A DNA stretch of 64,000 nucleotides from Narcine bancroftii (lineage: Eukaryota): contig NC_091481.1 of NCBI RefSeq assembly GCF_036971445.1, forward strand, positions 60,450,001 to 60,514,000. The letters run 5' to 3'. Positions within the stretch are counted from its first letter, which is position 1; each line of letters begins with the position of its first letter. The translations under genes were made by a program, and so were the position numbers. The notes under the pieces were generated by a model. That model did no database searches. It was not told where the DNA came from and saw only the letters and a list, made by a program, of their open reading frames with translations. Below are positions 13,707-24,791 of this stretch, piece after piece.

Positions 13707-14264
13707 TAGATTAAGTGGGCAAAAACCTGAAAAAATGAACCAGGTATAGGAGTGCTAAGGGTAAGGATGGATCCCAAAGTGCCTTGGGTGCTGAAGACTT
13801 TCTGATCGAGCTAGAGGGTTGGATCTGGATCTCAGGTTGCAAATGGATCAACCAGGAGTCTGTGCGGTTGTAGAGACTGCAGGAGCACTAGAGGCGAATC
13901 CATGGACACTCAGTGACTCTGAAGGAACTCCCTTTTGCTTCTCTTTCTCTCTTACTGTAAGGGGTGCTGGACAAAAACTAATGTCAAGTCTTTGCCTTAT
14001 GGAGGCAGAAGGCAGTTTTTGACAACAAAGGAATCTCTTGACACTGAAAAGTGAGAGGAAATACAGTAAGAAAAACAAATATAGAATTATTACTAAGTGG
14101 AATGCCAGGCAACACACCAATGACATCATGAAGAAAGCCTCTACTTCCTCAGGAGTTTGCAGAGGAGCTGGTGGAGTTGTTCAAGTGAACCGGTACGGAC
14201 TTGAAGGGCCGTGCTGTAAACGGTTCTATGGTTATATATGGAAGGAAATTGGAAATGGTGGTGT

Positions 14265-14790
14265 ACAGAGAGCTCTAGATGTTCTTGTGAATAAATTACA
14301 AAATGTTAGCAGGCAGGTTCAGAAAGTAGTTGGGAAGACCAAAGGCCTTTGTTCAAAAGGGGTTGAAGTTGAGAAATAGCTAATTATTGTTACAATTGTA
14401 CAGGGTATTTATTAGTGAAGCCACACTTGGAGTACTGTGCCCTATTTTGATAGCTTTCATTAAGAAAGTTTGTTGCAGGTAATCCACTAGGCTAATTCCT
14501 GAGAGAAGAGGATTGTCCTATTATGACCAAAGATGGATTTGTATTCCTTGGAGTTTGTATACAATCCTAAGGTTGCATTACAAGGTACCTATCAAGCTGT
14601 TTCCACATTGGGAGAGTCCTGAATGAGGGAACATAGTTATAAGATAAGCAGCTGGTTATTTGAAACTGAGGTACAGGTATATAGAAATATCTTTTGCCAA
14701 GGGTGCTCATTCTTTGGAATTTTCTACCCCAAAAGATGTGGAGTTCAGATTACAGAGAGTTTTTAAAGGGGTGACAGATTATTTTAAATA
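14265..14790 (+). mobile_element. Old CR1 LINE fragment
   Basis: Degraded LVxPHLEYC and 3' ORF2 motifs (gtgaagccacacttggagtactgtg). Confidence 0.6.
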
Positions 14791-15029
14791 AAACATTGAA
14801 GAATTCATGTCTAAGATCTAAAAAATAAGATATGTCAAGGACCTGGGGCAGTTCATCCATGATCATACTCAACAGCAAAACAAGGAAGAGGTAACTGATG
14901 TAAAGCATGAAAGTCTGCAAACACAGTGGTAAAGACATTGGTTGGAGAGTGCCCTTTTCCGACTGGGCACTCTCCAACCGGATGGCCTTAACATTAACGT
15001 CCAGTTTCTGCTAACCTACTTCCACTGGA

Positions 15030-16297
15030 AAACCATGTCTGCTGCATGGATTGTGACCTGGCGGGTGCTATAGCTCAAAATGAAGGAACCTTTGGCTGCT
15101 TGCATTGGGAGGCTCTTGGGGTTGTGTTTAGACCAGAAATATGTTGGTGGAACGAGGCTTATCTCTATGCCGAGTCAACTAGGAAGTCCCTCTTTGGTCC
15201 CTGAGGTAGAGTAGGCCTTTATGAGCACCAACCGCTGAGGCCACTTTGGTATTTGGTTTGGCGGTGGGGTTGGAACACAGGGCGTTGCACCACCGGGTGT
15301 TTCGGCCCCATCTGCAGTGATAGAAACAGTATTCATTCTGTTTGTCTGTGTGCCCATCTCCCTGTGGATGAGCCGCGGCTACTGCTGCGCCCCGCAGAGT
15401 TGTTGAGATGCCGATGGCATAGATGGGCTGCATGTGGATGAAGCTCTGTAGTGGGGTATGGAAAAGTCTGTCTGCCTTTTTGGCTACCAGGTGTGAGGCA
15501 CTGAAATCCATATTAGAAACTGCCAAGGAAACGTGAACTGGCAGCTTGGAAAGGAACAGGGCCTCGAAGAGGAAGCAGTCTGTGTGTCCATCTGCTAGGG
15601 CCACTATTTTGTACATGAGCTAGGAGGGGTTCCTATTGCCCAGGCCCTGCATATTTAGGGTGAGAACGGCATTCTCATGCCAGCTGAGTTCCAGGGAATC
15701 GAGGAGGCAATGCTTGAATTGCTCGTACTTACACTCCATGGGAGGATTCTCCACGAAGGAGCTTTCTTTGGCTGCAGTGGTGGCGTCTAAGGTGCTGACA
15801 ACATACCAGAACTTGGTGTCTTCAGAGACAATGCCTTAGATGTGGAACTGTGACTCAGTCAGTTGCAGCCAATATCTGGGCAATAAATACACGCCCACCG
15901 CGTTGGGTGCAGCCGTTGCGACTGTAGTGGTAGCAGTATCCTCCATCCCTTCGTGTTCAAGTTGGGTTCCAAAAAACGTTGGACCGTCGGGGTCACCACT
16001 ATAGCGTCTGCTATGGCACCGCTATGGAATAAAGAGACGTCCACATGGTGCGAGGGTGAACCAGTAACTGACTTTATTATTTGAATTCCTCGCGCTGCGC
16101 GCAAGTGAACACTCGCTTCTTGTAATGGACGTGGCGGCTTCCGGAAGTGACATCAGCGTGTCACGGCGTCACTCCCTGTGCCACCGGAAGTGGAGAGTTG
16201 CCCCAGGGAACATGTGGTGTCAACCATAGGCTTCTCCTCAGGAGTCAAGTGCTGGCGATTTGGCCCATCTAACCGCACAGTCACTCGGCCCGCGACA
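15030..16297 (-). mobile_element. Gypsy-type LTR retrotransposon 5' part: LTR (about 16000-16297), PBS, degraded gag
   Basis: LTR starts TGTCGCGG at 16297 and contains AATAAA. PBS TGGTGACCCCGAC at 15998-15986. Gag-like WLQLTESQFHI...DTKFWYVVSTLD...KYEQFK and knuckle YCFYHCRWG...C...C, with stops. Confidence 0.75.
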
Positions 16298-16854
16298 CTG
16301 TATCGAATTCTGGAACAGAGTGAGACAAGCCTTTCCTCAGTTCTTCCAATGTATCAAATATTGCTGGTCTGTGGGAAATGTTAAATGTTAACTGAGACCA
16401 TTCATTCCTTCCTTTCAATACTATTCCTTATAGAGATAACCCCATTTTACTAAAACAGGAGTTTGTAATATATTGAACTAGTTTGATAATTAAATCATAA
16501 AGGAGAGCCTGAGGGATATTTGACTTTATATTAATTATTGTTGCTATGCAGCAAAATATTTGTTCATAACAGTTATTTGGGACCTTTCAGGTTTCTCTGC
16601 AACATGGATTTGGGAACCACAGAGCTGAAGGAACATTAACAGGAGGGTGGATTAAAGAATACAACCTGAGACACGTCACCTGACAACTACATCCATGATT
16701 AACTATTGTTAATTCCATAATACGTAAGAACATAAGAAATAGGAGCAGGAGTCGGCCATCCAGCCCGTCAGGTCTGCTCCACCATTCAATGAGATCATGG
16801 CTAATTTGACAATAGGTTAATCTCTATTTGCTTGCCTTTTCCCCATATCCCTTC

Positions 16855-17560
16855 AAGTCAAGTTGCATTTATTTGTTGTTCCTACCACAACCATTTCAGT
16901 GTACAGTGAAAACGAAATAGCGTTTCTCCGGACCATGGAGCTGGTTATTTACATGGCTAAATTGCATCAGGAACTTTTTTATTAATATCCCTTATAAATA
17001 TCATGTCACATATGCTAGCCTTGTGTTCCCGGAATTCAGAAGCCTCACAGCTTGGGAGAAAAAACTTTCGCAATCTGATCATGAGAGGCCGAGCCTCTTC
17101 CCGGATTGCAGGAATGTTTATAGCTTTCTGCAAACAGCGGCTATTATAAATGTCTATCATGGTAGGTCGAGAAACCTCAATAATCCTCTCAGGGTCTTTA
17201 CTATCCGCTACAGAGATGGTGCAGTTCCTGAACCAGGCAGTGATGCAGTTTCATAGGATGCTCTCAATGCATCCCCTGTAGAATAGAGTGAGGGTGGAGG
17301 GTGGAAGCTGGACTTTCCTCAACCTCTGCAGGAAGTAAAGGCATTGTTGGGGCTTCTTGACAATGGATCTGGTGTTGTGGGACCAGGAGAGATTCTCTGA
17401 CAGGGGCACACCAAGGAATATGGTGCTCTTGACTACCTCGACGGTGTCAGTTGTTGTCTCTGCATCAGTCAGTTGGTGTTTGCACCTCATCTCTGTAAGA
17501 TGACTCATCATTCTTGCTTATGAGCCCCACCAGTGTGGTCAGCGAACTTGATGTGATTAG
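16855..17560 (-). mobile_element. Rex1/Babar-like LINE fragment
   Basis: FLGVPLSENLSWSHNTRSIVKKPQQCLYFLQRLRK...FYRGCIESIL. Confidence 0.8.
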
Positions 17561-17569
17561 AACTGTAAT

Positions 17570-19080
17570 TCCCTTTCTATGTAAAAATCTATCTAACCTT
17601 GTCTTAATATGTTTACTGAGGTAGCCTTTATGCTTCAATGGGCAGTGAATTTATAGATTTACCACCCACTGTGAAAAGCAGTTCCTTTTCTTCTCTGTCC
17701 TAAATCTACCATCCTGACTATATATCCCCTAATTCTAGTCTCCCCTATAGCACTGATTTACCACAGCTTACAAACAAATAAAGAATACACTCACTTATTT
17801 ATTTCAGCCACCACGGTCAACTTTCTTTTATTATTCACTAGACACAATATCGCACTCTTCAACTCCCCAAACACCACCTACCTCTGACCTTCTCATTGGC
17901 TCACGGCCACACAGGTGATCCTGACACTCTCACTCTCCTCCTCCTGCATCGCCACTCGTTTTTCAAAATTCCCATACAACTCAATCTCTCAAAGGCTAAC
18001 CCCCTCATCTCTGAAATCAACCTAGTGAACCTCCTCTGCACCAGTACATCCTTCCTCAAGTAAGGAGACCTAAACTACACTCAGTACTGCAGATGTGGTC
18101 TCACCAGTATCTTGTACAGTTGCAGTATATATAGCCCCATTGGTAGCCAGCTGCACCAACCTATTGCAATTCTTGCGCAAGGACTCCCAAGTCCTTCTGC
18201 ACGGCAGCACACTGTAATTGTTTTCCTTTTAAATAATAATCTGATCTTCCATTTTTCCTTCCAAAGTGGATAACCTTATATTTACCAACATTTTTTGGGA
18301 ATATTTTATTTTTGATTTTCAAACACTGGTATAAATCCATATAAACAATAAATTCTTTCCCCAACAATAGCGTATATCATACAGAGTCTATTTTTCCCCC
18401 ACCCCTCTCCCCATACCCTAATACAAAAAAGAAACGATTATATAAATTAAACAAATACCAAGAACCAAATAAATATTGTTAAATTCAAAAACCTTTAAGG
18501 GAACTTAAGAAGAACCCAAATAAACCTAAAATAAAAGATTAAGGAACAAAATACACGATCCACTTCACTTCACTGATCTCAAGCATTCCTCTATTGGCAT
18601 GATAGTTGAATTCACTTTCTCTGAAAGGAGTATAATTACATCTGCATATCAATGTGCTGCAGATAAGGTACTGGAAATGTACCATATTTCCTCCTTAAAT
18701 TGTACATAATTTTCTCCAGGGGAATACAACTCTGCATTTCCGTATTCCATCTTGCAATATTTAGTTGGGAGTCAGACTTCCCTATGTGACCGCTATACAC
18801 TTCTAGCTACTGCCAAGACAACCTTCACAAACTGAATTTGGTATCTGGACAGTTTAAAACTCAAGTTATCCAGAAGATACAATTCTGGATCCTGTGGAAA
18901 ATCCACCTTTGTAATTCTTTTCTGAATGTTCCCCAGGTCCTCCCAGAAGCACACTTACCAACATTGTACTCCATCTGCCAGACCCTTGTCCAGGAACTAA
19001 ACCTCTCTGTAACCTCTGCACAATTTGCTTTTCCATTCAATTTAGCGTCATCAGCAAACTCTGGCACACCCCATTCTTCC
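17570..19080 (-). mobile_element. CR1 fragment split by an L1-like 3' fragment (about 18300-18930)
   Basis: CR1 motifs EFADDAKL...WQMEYNVGKC (18861-19097) and VGKYKVIHFGRKN...VQKDLGV (18161-18367) flank unrelated L1-like sequence. Confidence 0.6.
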
Positions 19081-20196
19081 AGATCACCTTCTGTCATTCC
19101 AGGTAAACCACATCCATTTGCTTCTCTCTATCAACCGCATTTGTAACATCGTCTAAGAATTCCAGCATGTAACAGCAAATCATGGGCAAAACTCCAAAAA
19201 CAGTCAGTTGATACAGTGTGATTTTATTTTTGGAGCATCACATCTAATATGAATCTCTACCTCTGTAATGACTGAAAAGTGATTTGAGAGGGGGGAAAAA
19301 AATTACATTTTGTCACCAGAAAAAGAATAAAAAGATAATTGTTCAAAAAGTTTCAGAATATCAAGTACTGTTGAAGCATTTGTTATTGTGGCAAGCAGGA
19401 AATTCAGCAATATATGTAAATCACAAGCAACATTGTGATCTGTTTTAGTGACTTGAGTCAGAGATAATATTGATCAGGAAACTTTCAAATGGTGATAGGA
19501 ATCTTTAATGTCTCAGGTTTAATGCCACACTTTAAAGATAATGCAGAGCTCATAAAAACTCTCTAAACTTGTCGAATAAGGATAGGAAATATTCAGTATA
19601 CATCCTAGTTGCTCTGTGGTTAGTAAAAAAAATAACTTAAGGTGGTATGTGAGTGGAAAACAATAAGGTTGAGAGCCAGTGTGTTAGAATGTGGTGAAAT
19701 CCCCCAATGACAAAATTGCTGGGGCCAAGAACATGATTAATTTACACACCACCTGAAAGACCAAAATGTGAATAGGATCAGGTACAAAAAGTAGTTGAAT
19801 TTGCTGCCTTTAAAAGGTAAATGTATAGTTTCCAAAATTGAACTTAATCATGCATTTCTGTGAACGTGGCATTCAGGAAAGTTCGTCAAACAAAATGCCT
19901 CGTTGTGCAGTATGACACACTTGTCTCCATGGATACCTTGCTGTTGAAGATTAAATTTCACAGAATCCATGATCAGATAACCTGGCTGCTATTAGCTAGA
20001 AATTTGCATAGATTTTTAGTTTTGGGATGGAGAAACTAAAACTACTGGAATGCTGGAAATGAAATGGCGAATTAACAGGATTAGGGTCCAGGGAGAGAGG
20101 GTTTCAATGCTATAATTTCTGTTCCAATGCAAACTCGCCATAAAGTTTTCCTTTTCTTTATGGATGTGATCGAAAAAAGTATTCAATATTCTTTGA

Positions 20197-20532
20197 CAGT
20201 GGAAGTCTGAAAATCTGGACTGCTCAAGGTTTGGGTTGGTCCAGATTTTACAAATTCTCAGGCAGTACTTTTAAAATTCAAATCTAAGGAGGAATAAAGA
20301 GATGAACAGGTAAATTTTGATAAGATTATTCATTAGCAAATACAGCATGCTTCATTTCTCAAAACGAGTACTTTTAAATAAAGTCAACACTTGTTGCCGC
20401 TGTGTATCTGTGGTGCTTACACACGCTCATACGCGCACAAAAGCACGCTATATTTAAAAAGTGTGAGGGTTTCAAAAAGCCCAGATTCTCGGGTGGTCTG
20501 GTTTTCTGGCATCCAGATTTTTGGACCTACTG
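20197..20532. mobile_element. Tigger-like MITE
   Basis: CAGTGGAAGTCTGAAAATCTGG ... CCAGATTTTTGGACCTACTG inverted ends; related copy at about 60375-60635. Confidence 0.6.
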
Positions 20533-20689
20533 TATGATAGTCAGCAGAAATTAAGTAATGTTTTCATGTTCTAACTTTAAAAGCAGATTTTACATCTCTA
20601 AAGACATAGCAGATGTTAGTTGTACAATTGGCAGCATTCCTGCCTCTGATACAAATCCAAAATGTTACGTGCTCTACTTTCGGAGTCAC

Positions 20690-20990
20690 CTGAATGAGAA
20701 AAAATGCAAATGGTGGTAAAGAGTATTCGTACGTAATCAATGAGCAGAATGGACGTGATGGTACCAATCTGCTACTCTACAGATTCCACAGTACTACTTC
20801 AAAGAGGAACAGTTGAACACTCCCTGGCTTCACTGTCAGGCAATATTCCAAATGCAGATCATTGGAACATTTTCACACTGTTTGCAGGGTGTGTACTGTA
20901 CAAAATGGCTGGCACATTCTCTGCAACAAGAACTACACTTCAAAAGTAACAGTGGATACAAATGGTTTGAGAAGTCCTAATGGGGAAGTG
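20690..20990 (+). mobile_element. Ancient Deu-domain SINE remnant (SacSINE1/AmnSINE-like)
   Basis: Similar to the clearer copies at 31.7-32.0 kb and 56.1-56.4 kb (cagtactacttcaaagaggaacag...caatatt...cacactgtttg...caaaatggctg...ctacacttcaaaagtaa). Confidence 0.45.
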
Positions 20991-21289
20991 AAAGATAGAC
21001 AAATCCAAATCTCTCCTTTTATTTTATTTGGTAATGGTCAGTAGTGTGTCTCCGGCATTTTGAAAGGAAGCATATAAAAACCATGTCTTTTTCAGGAAGA
21101 GAAACTTGGGTTTATGAAGAACAATGTAAATCCATGTTTGTGATTAAGTATTATATGACAAAAATTGAACCTTTACCTTTTTAAAAAAAATTTATTGACA
21201 GCTCAAGGATATTGCAGGGCCAACATTTGCTGGAATTACAATTTCCTTGTCAGATTTTCCTATCACTGCCATTTTTTTTTTTACATACA

Positions 21290-21675
21290 ACTTATTTTTG
21301 TGATTTCCTGCCATATTTTAAGTCTACTTCAAGCATGAAGTGCAAGGTGTCATTGAAAATTAATTTCCTGCATTCGCTCTCGGACTTCTTCCCTCGGTGC
21401 CCTCAGTGACAAACATGGTGAAAGGTTCCACCAGGACATTACGTCCAAGGAAAAGCAGGGCAACTGGAATCCATCACCACTGGCCTACTGTTGTTGGATA
21501 CTGACAAGAGAGGCATCAGATGCTGAGTACAAACAGCAAAAGAGCGCCAAATTTGCTAAAACTCAACATTAATTTAATTTAATGTTCCTCCAACTTCCTA
21601 CATGATATAGCAAATCTGAAATTATCTTTGAAGTTTATCACAATCCCCAATTTTGTCTCAGGAAGCAAACCTTTG
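21290..21675 (+). mobile_element. Chapaev3-like transposon remnant
   Basis: MKCKVSLKINFLHSLSDFFP...HGERFHQDI; same family as 6.5-7.1 kb and 46-47.2 kb. Confidence 0.65.
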
Positions 21676-21849
21676 TGTTGCTGAGGGCTGGACAACAAGG
21701 AGAGGGCTGATGTCAGCAAATCTTATGCAGTGGGTCCTGTTGACACTGCTCTAAAATGGTCAAGAATTGATCTACTTCCCTAGTAAACGCCATACTTGCC
21801 ATGAAGGTTCACTGAGCACCATCCCTGAAGCAGATTCCTGCCTCACCGA

Positions 21850-22900
21850 CCAGCACCCAGCCGTCTCGACGCCCGCCCATCATCTTGTTTCCGCCAATCA
21901 CCTGCAGCCTCCCACGTCAACCATCCCGGCTGACCAATCATCGGCCGGCTTGAAAAACGGTTGAGCGCGTGATGCCCCACAGGACCAACCGCCTTTTCGG
22001 CCGCGCCAAGCGTCCAAATCGCGTTAAAAAATAAATAAAATGAAGGAGCATCCCTTACGCCCCAGGATGTTCCAAAAGACGCTAAATAACGGAAGAGTTA
22101 AAGAAAGGAGTGGCTGGCGCCTGGTGGCAGTTTGGACGTGGGACTATATTCTGATGATGTCAGCTGGCGGAATAGGCGGTGACGCGGAGGTGCGAAGCGG
22201 TCCGCACTACTTAAGGCGGCGCGCGGAGCGCTCGATCCATTCACCCACTGGACGTGCTGAAGTGTAGTCACTGGTCTTGTTTTGACGGGTCCGCCTCTCG
22301 CTCGGCATGGCGGCTCAATAAAGCGGGAGCAGCGGCAACACGCGGCAGTGCGCAGCACTGGGCAAAAGTGCAGGCTTCAACATGGCGTAAGTTTCATCTT
22401 TAGGTGCTGGAAAGTGGCTCGTCGAACACGGCGGGCTGGGGTGCCCGCTTCTTTCCCACGACGGGGGGGGGGGGGGTGGGGGGAGGGGAGTGATTCGTGA
22501 GCGACGCAGCCGGCGCTTGGAGCCGATTCCCGGGGAGGGAGGGAGGGGGGCGGATGAGGAACGGCGCCGTTTCATGGGGTGAGGCGAAATCCGGTGGGTT
22601 CTCTCTAGCCCCCGCCCCCGGGTGTCTGGAGCCAGTCAAGATGGCGGCCATCCCGCCGGCTGCAACGTGGCAGCGCCCGCGCTCCCCCTGGGCGGGACGT
22701 GCCGCATTCGGGTCCTCTCCGCGCGTGGTGACCACGTGCTTGGGGGACTGGATGCCGCGAACCCCTGCACTTCCGTCACCTCCTCCCCCGCCCAAATCCG
22801 GGTTCGCTTTCCACGCAGAAACACTGGCGGAGCTGGTATCGCGTGGTTGATTGAAGGGGCATGCCGATTGTGAATGGGACTGCACTACGGTGGTGCTGCT
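21850..22900 (+). promoter_or_regulatory. ATF4 CpG-island promoter and intron 1 regulatory region
   Basis: High CpG density; CCAAT at 21894 and 21934; CCACGTCA (TGACGTGG on -) at 21912-21919; TGATGTCA near 22155; YY1 site AAGATGGCGGC at 22638-22648; ETS CACTTCCG near 22768. Confidence 0.8.
22307..22321 (+). CDS. ATF4 uORF1 (M-A-A-Q-stop)
   Basis: ggcATGGCGGCTCAATAA in strong context; positional equivalent of the short mammalian uORF1. Confidence 0.85.
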   Translation: MAAQ

Positions 22901-23479
22901 GCAGAACTGAGCCCCTCAAGGAATAAGCAGAGAACAGGAAGGTGTCAGAATAAAGACACGAGTCCAAGGTCGCCAACAGATGGTGTTTTTAGTGATAATA
23001 GGAAATAGATGGGACTGGACACCAATGTGGTGGGGGGGGGGGGGGGGGGTGATGACAGAAACCAGAACCAGAGTGGTCTGTTTTTAGGGATTCTTTGTCG
23101 TTCAGGGTGCTGTGTGTAATTGAACTGCAGCTGCCAACCTCGATTCCTGTTTAGACTGTTAGAGAATTTGCTACTTGGACTCAGAAACTGCTTGCTGAAA
23201 AAAAATCTTTGCACATTTAAATACAAATGGAATGTTTATTTTTCTGAATCCTGAAGTGAGGCTTGGATGCATTGAGCAGATTTCGTTTTCCTCAGGTTCC
23301 ACAATGGTTTCCTCAGCTTTGCTGTTGTCGACAGCATAGAAACACTCGACTTGAAGACTGTGTTTTCACTCGAAGAATATCTCAAAGTACAGAAAGATGT
23401 CGGTTTTATCAGATTCTCCAATCTCTTCTCTGATGGAGGACTATATGTCCTACCTCGATTCGCCATTTCTGATGGCTGA
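22382..23479 (+). CDS. ATF4 inhibitory uORF2, spliced (22382-22386 + 23296-23479), 62 aa
   Basis: aacATGGC|gtaagt...ctcag|GTTCCAC; MAFHNGFLSFAVVD...RFAISDG*; overlaps the main ORF out of frame by 83 nt. Confidence 0.85.
23304..23339 (+). CDS. Additional uORF nested in uORF2 (MVSSALLLSTA*)
   Basis: acaATGG (A at -3, G at +4), TAG at 23337-23339; same frame as the ATF4 main ORF. Confidence 0.55.
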   Translation: MVSSALLLSTA

Positions 23480-23622
23480 CGAGGACCCATGTCTCCTGCA
23501 TACAGGCCTGGAGGCCGGGCCGGTGAAGCCTTGCCTCAGATCTCACCAGTTTGGTGGTAATGAGGAAAGTGAAGTGTCCTCCCAGTGCCCATGTATTGAT
23601 CCTATGGACACAAGTAATGTGG
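23397..23622 (+). CDS. ATF4: ATF4 coding exon 1 (gene exon 2)
   Basis: ATG at 23397 overlapped by uORF2; phase-1 donor GTG G|gtaagt joins the next exon as in mammalian ATF4. Confidence 0.88.
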
Positions 23623-23920
23623 GTAAGTTAATCATGTAAACATGAATGGAATTAATAGATTGTATGTATGGCTGGTGAACGTTTAAATTTAAACAGGTGG
23701 CATTGGAATTCTTGTCTTTAGACAGTGTATTGGTGCCCCCTATCATAAATCGCCATTCATTACAATGTTTTGATGGCAAATTAAGTACCTAGTAGTTATA
23801 TATGAGAATGCTTAATCTGAATAGCTTTTTATCTTGTCTAGAATAAATTCAATTGACTGTTGGTGTAATTTTTTTTGAAGGTAATATTTACTCACTTGAC
23901 TGGGCTGTTTTTCTCTCCAG

Positions 23921-24723
23921 AGGATGCATTCACCGGCTTGGACTGGATGGTAGAAAAGGTGGATCTCTTTGACACACTGAATGAAGATGAAAATGGTTGT
24001 CTCACTCCAGATGATCTACTGGCAGCTTTGGGCAGTTCCTGTGACCTTTTGGTAGAGCTCCCTTTTGATCCCTTGCCAGCCAAAGAGGGAGTTGATTTTG
24101 GCCTGAGTCTAGAGTTAAGTTCATCTAAAGGGTTAGACCAACTGGCTCCTGGTACCCCCACAGTTGTCCCAGAATCCATATTCTTTACCGATGAAAAGTT
24201 GATTGACATTTCAGTTGTTGAGGAAAAGCCAGATTTTGCTTTGCTCCAATTGTCTGCTCTGCAGGATCCCTGTGAGAAAATAGATGAAGGGCCAATATTA
24301 GATTCTGACAGTGGACTTGGTTCTAGTCCTCCTCATTCCCCTGTTGAGTCTTTAGATAGAAGTGTGTCAGAGAGATCACCTGAAACCAAGTCCTTTCTCA
24401 ATGACTTCAGCCCCGCAAGGTCAAAACCATATGATCGTCCTAGTGTGGAAACTGAAGGGAGTTCATCAAAGGTAAATTGTAATTCTGTGGAGCCAAAGAA
24501 CATGCAGAAGAAATTGAAGAAGATGGAACAAAACAAGAGTGCAGCGACACGATACAGACAAAAGAAGAGGGCAGAGCAAGGCGCCATAGCTGCAGAGTAT
24601 AGTTTACTGGAAGAGAAAAATAAAACTTTGCGGGAGAAAGCGGATTCATTGACTAAAGAAATCCAGTATTTAAAGGGCTTGATAGAAGAGGTCAGGAGAG
24701 CTAAAAGTACAAAAAGCTTGTAA
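23921..24723 (+). CDS. ATF4: ATF4 last coding exon: transactivation region, beta-TrCP degron, bZIP (342 aa total)
   Basis: ctccag|AG GAT GCA gives EDAFTGLDWMVEK; DSDSGLGSSP degron; bZIP KKLKKMEQNKSAATRYRQKKRAEQ...KEIQYLKGLIEEVRRAK. Confidence 0.96.
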
Positions 24724-24785
24724 TATGGCATTAATGGTTTAGTTTTGTACATAATGTAGTGTTGCTAAATATTGTAATTTTTTAA

Positions 24786-24791
24786 AATAAA
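24786..24791 (+). terminator. ATF4 polyadenylation signal
   Basis: AATAAA about 60 nt after the stop codon, consistent with the short ATF4 3'UTR. Confidence 0.75.

Noticed and set aside
22400-22885. Several 80-160 aa ORFs in ATF4 intron 1
   Set aside because: Stop-poor CpG-island sequence with homopolymer-derived Pro/Gly runs.
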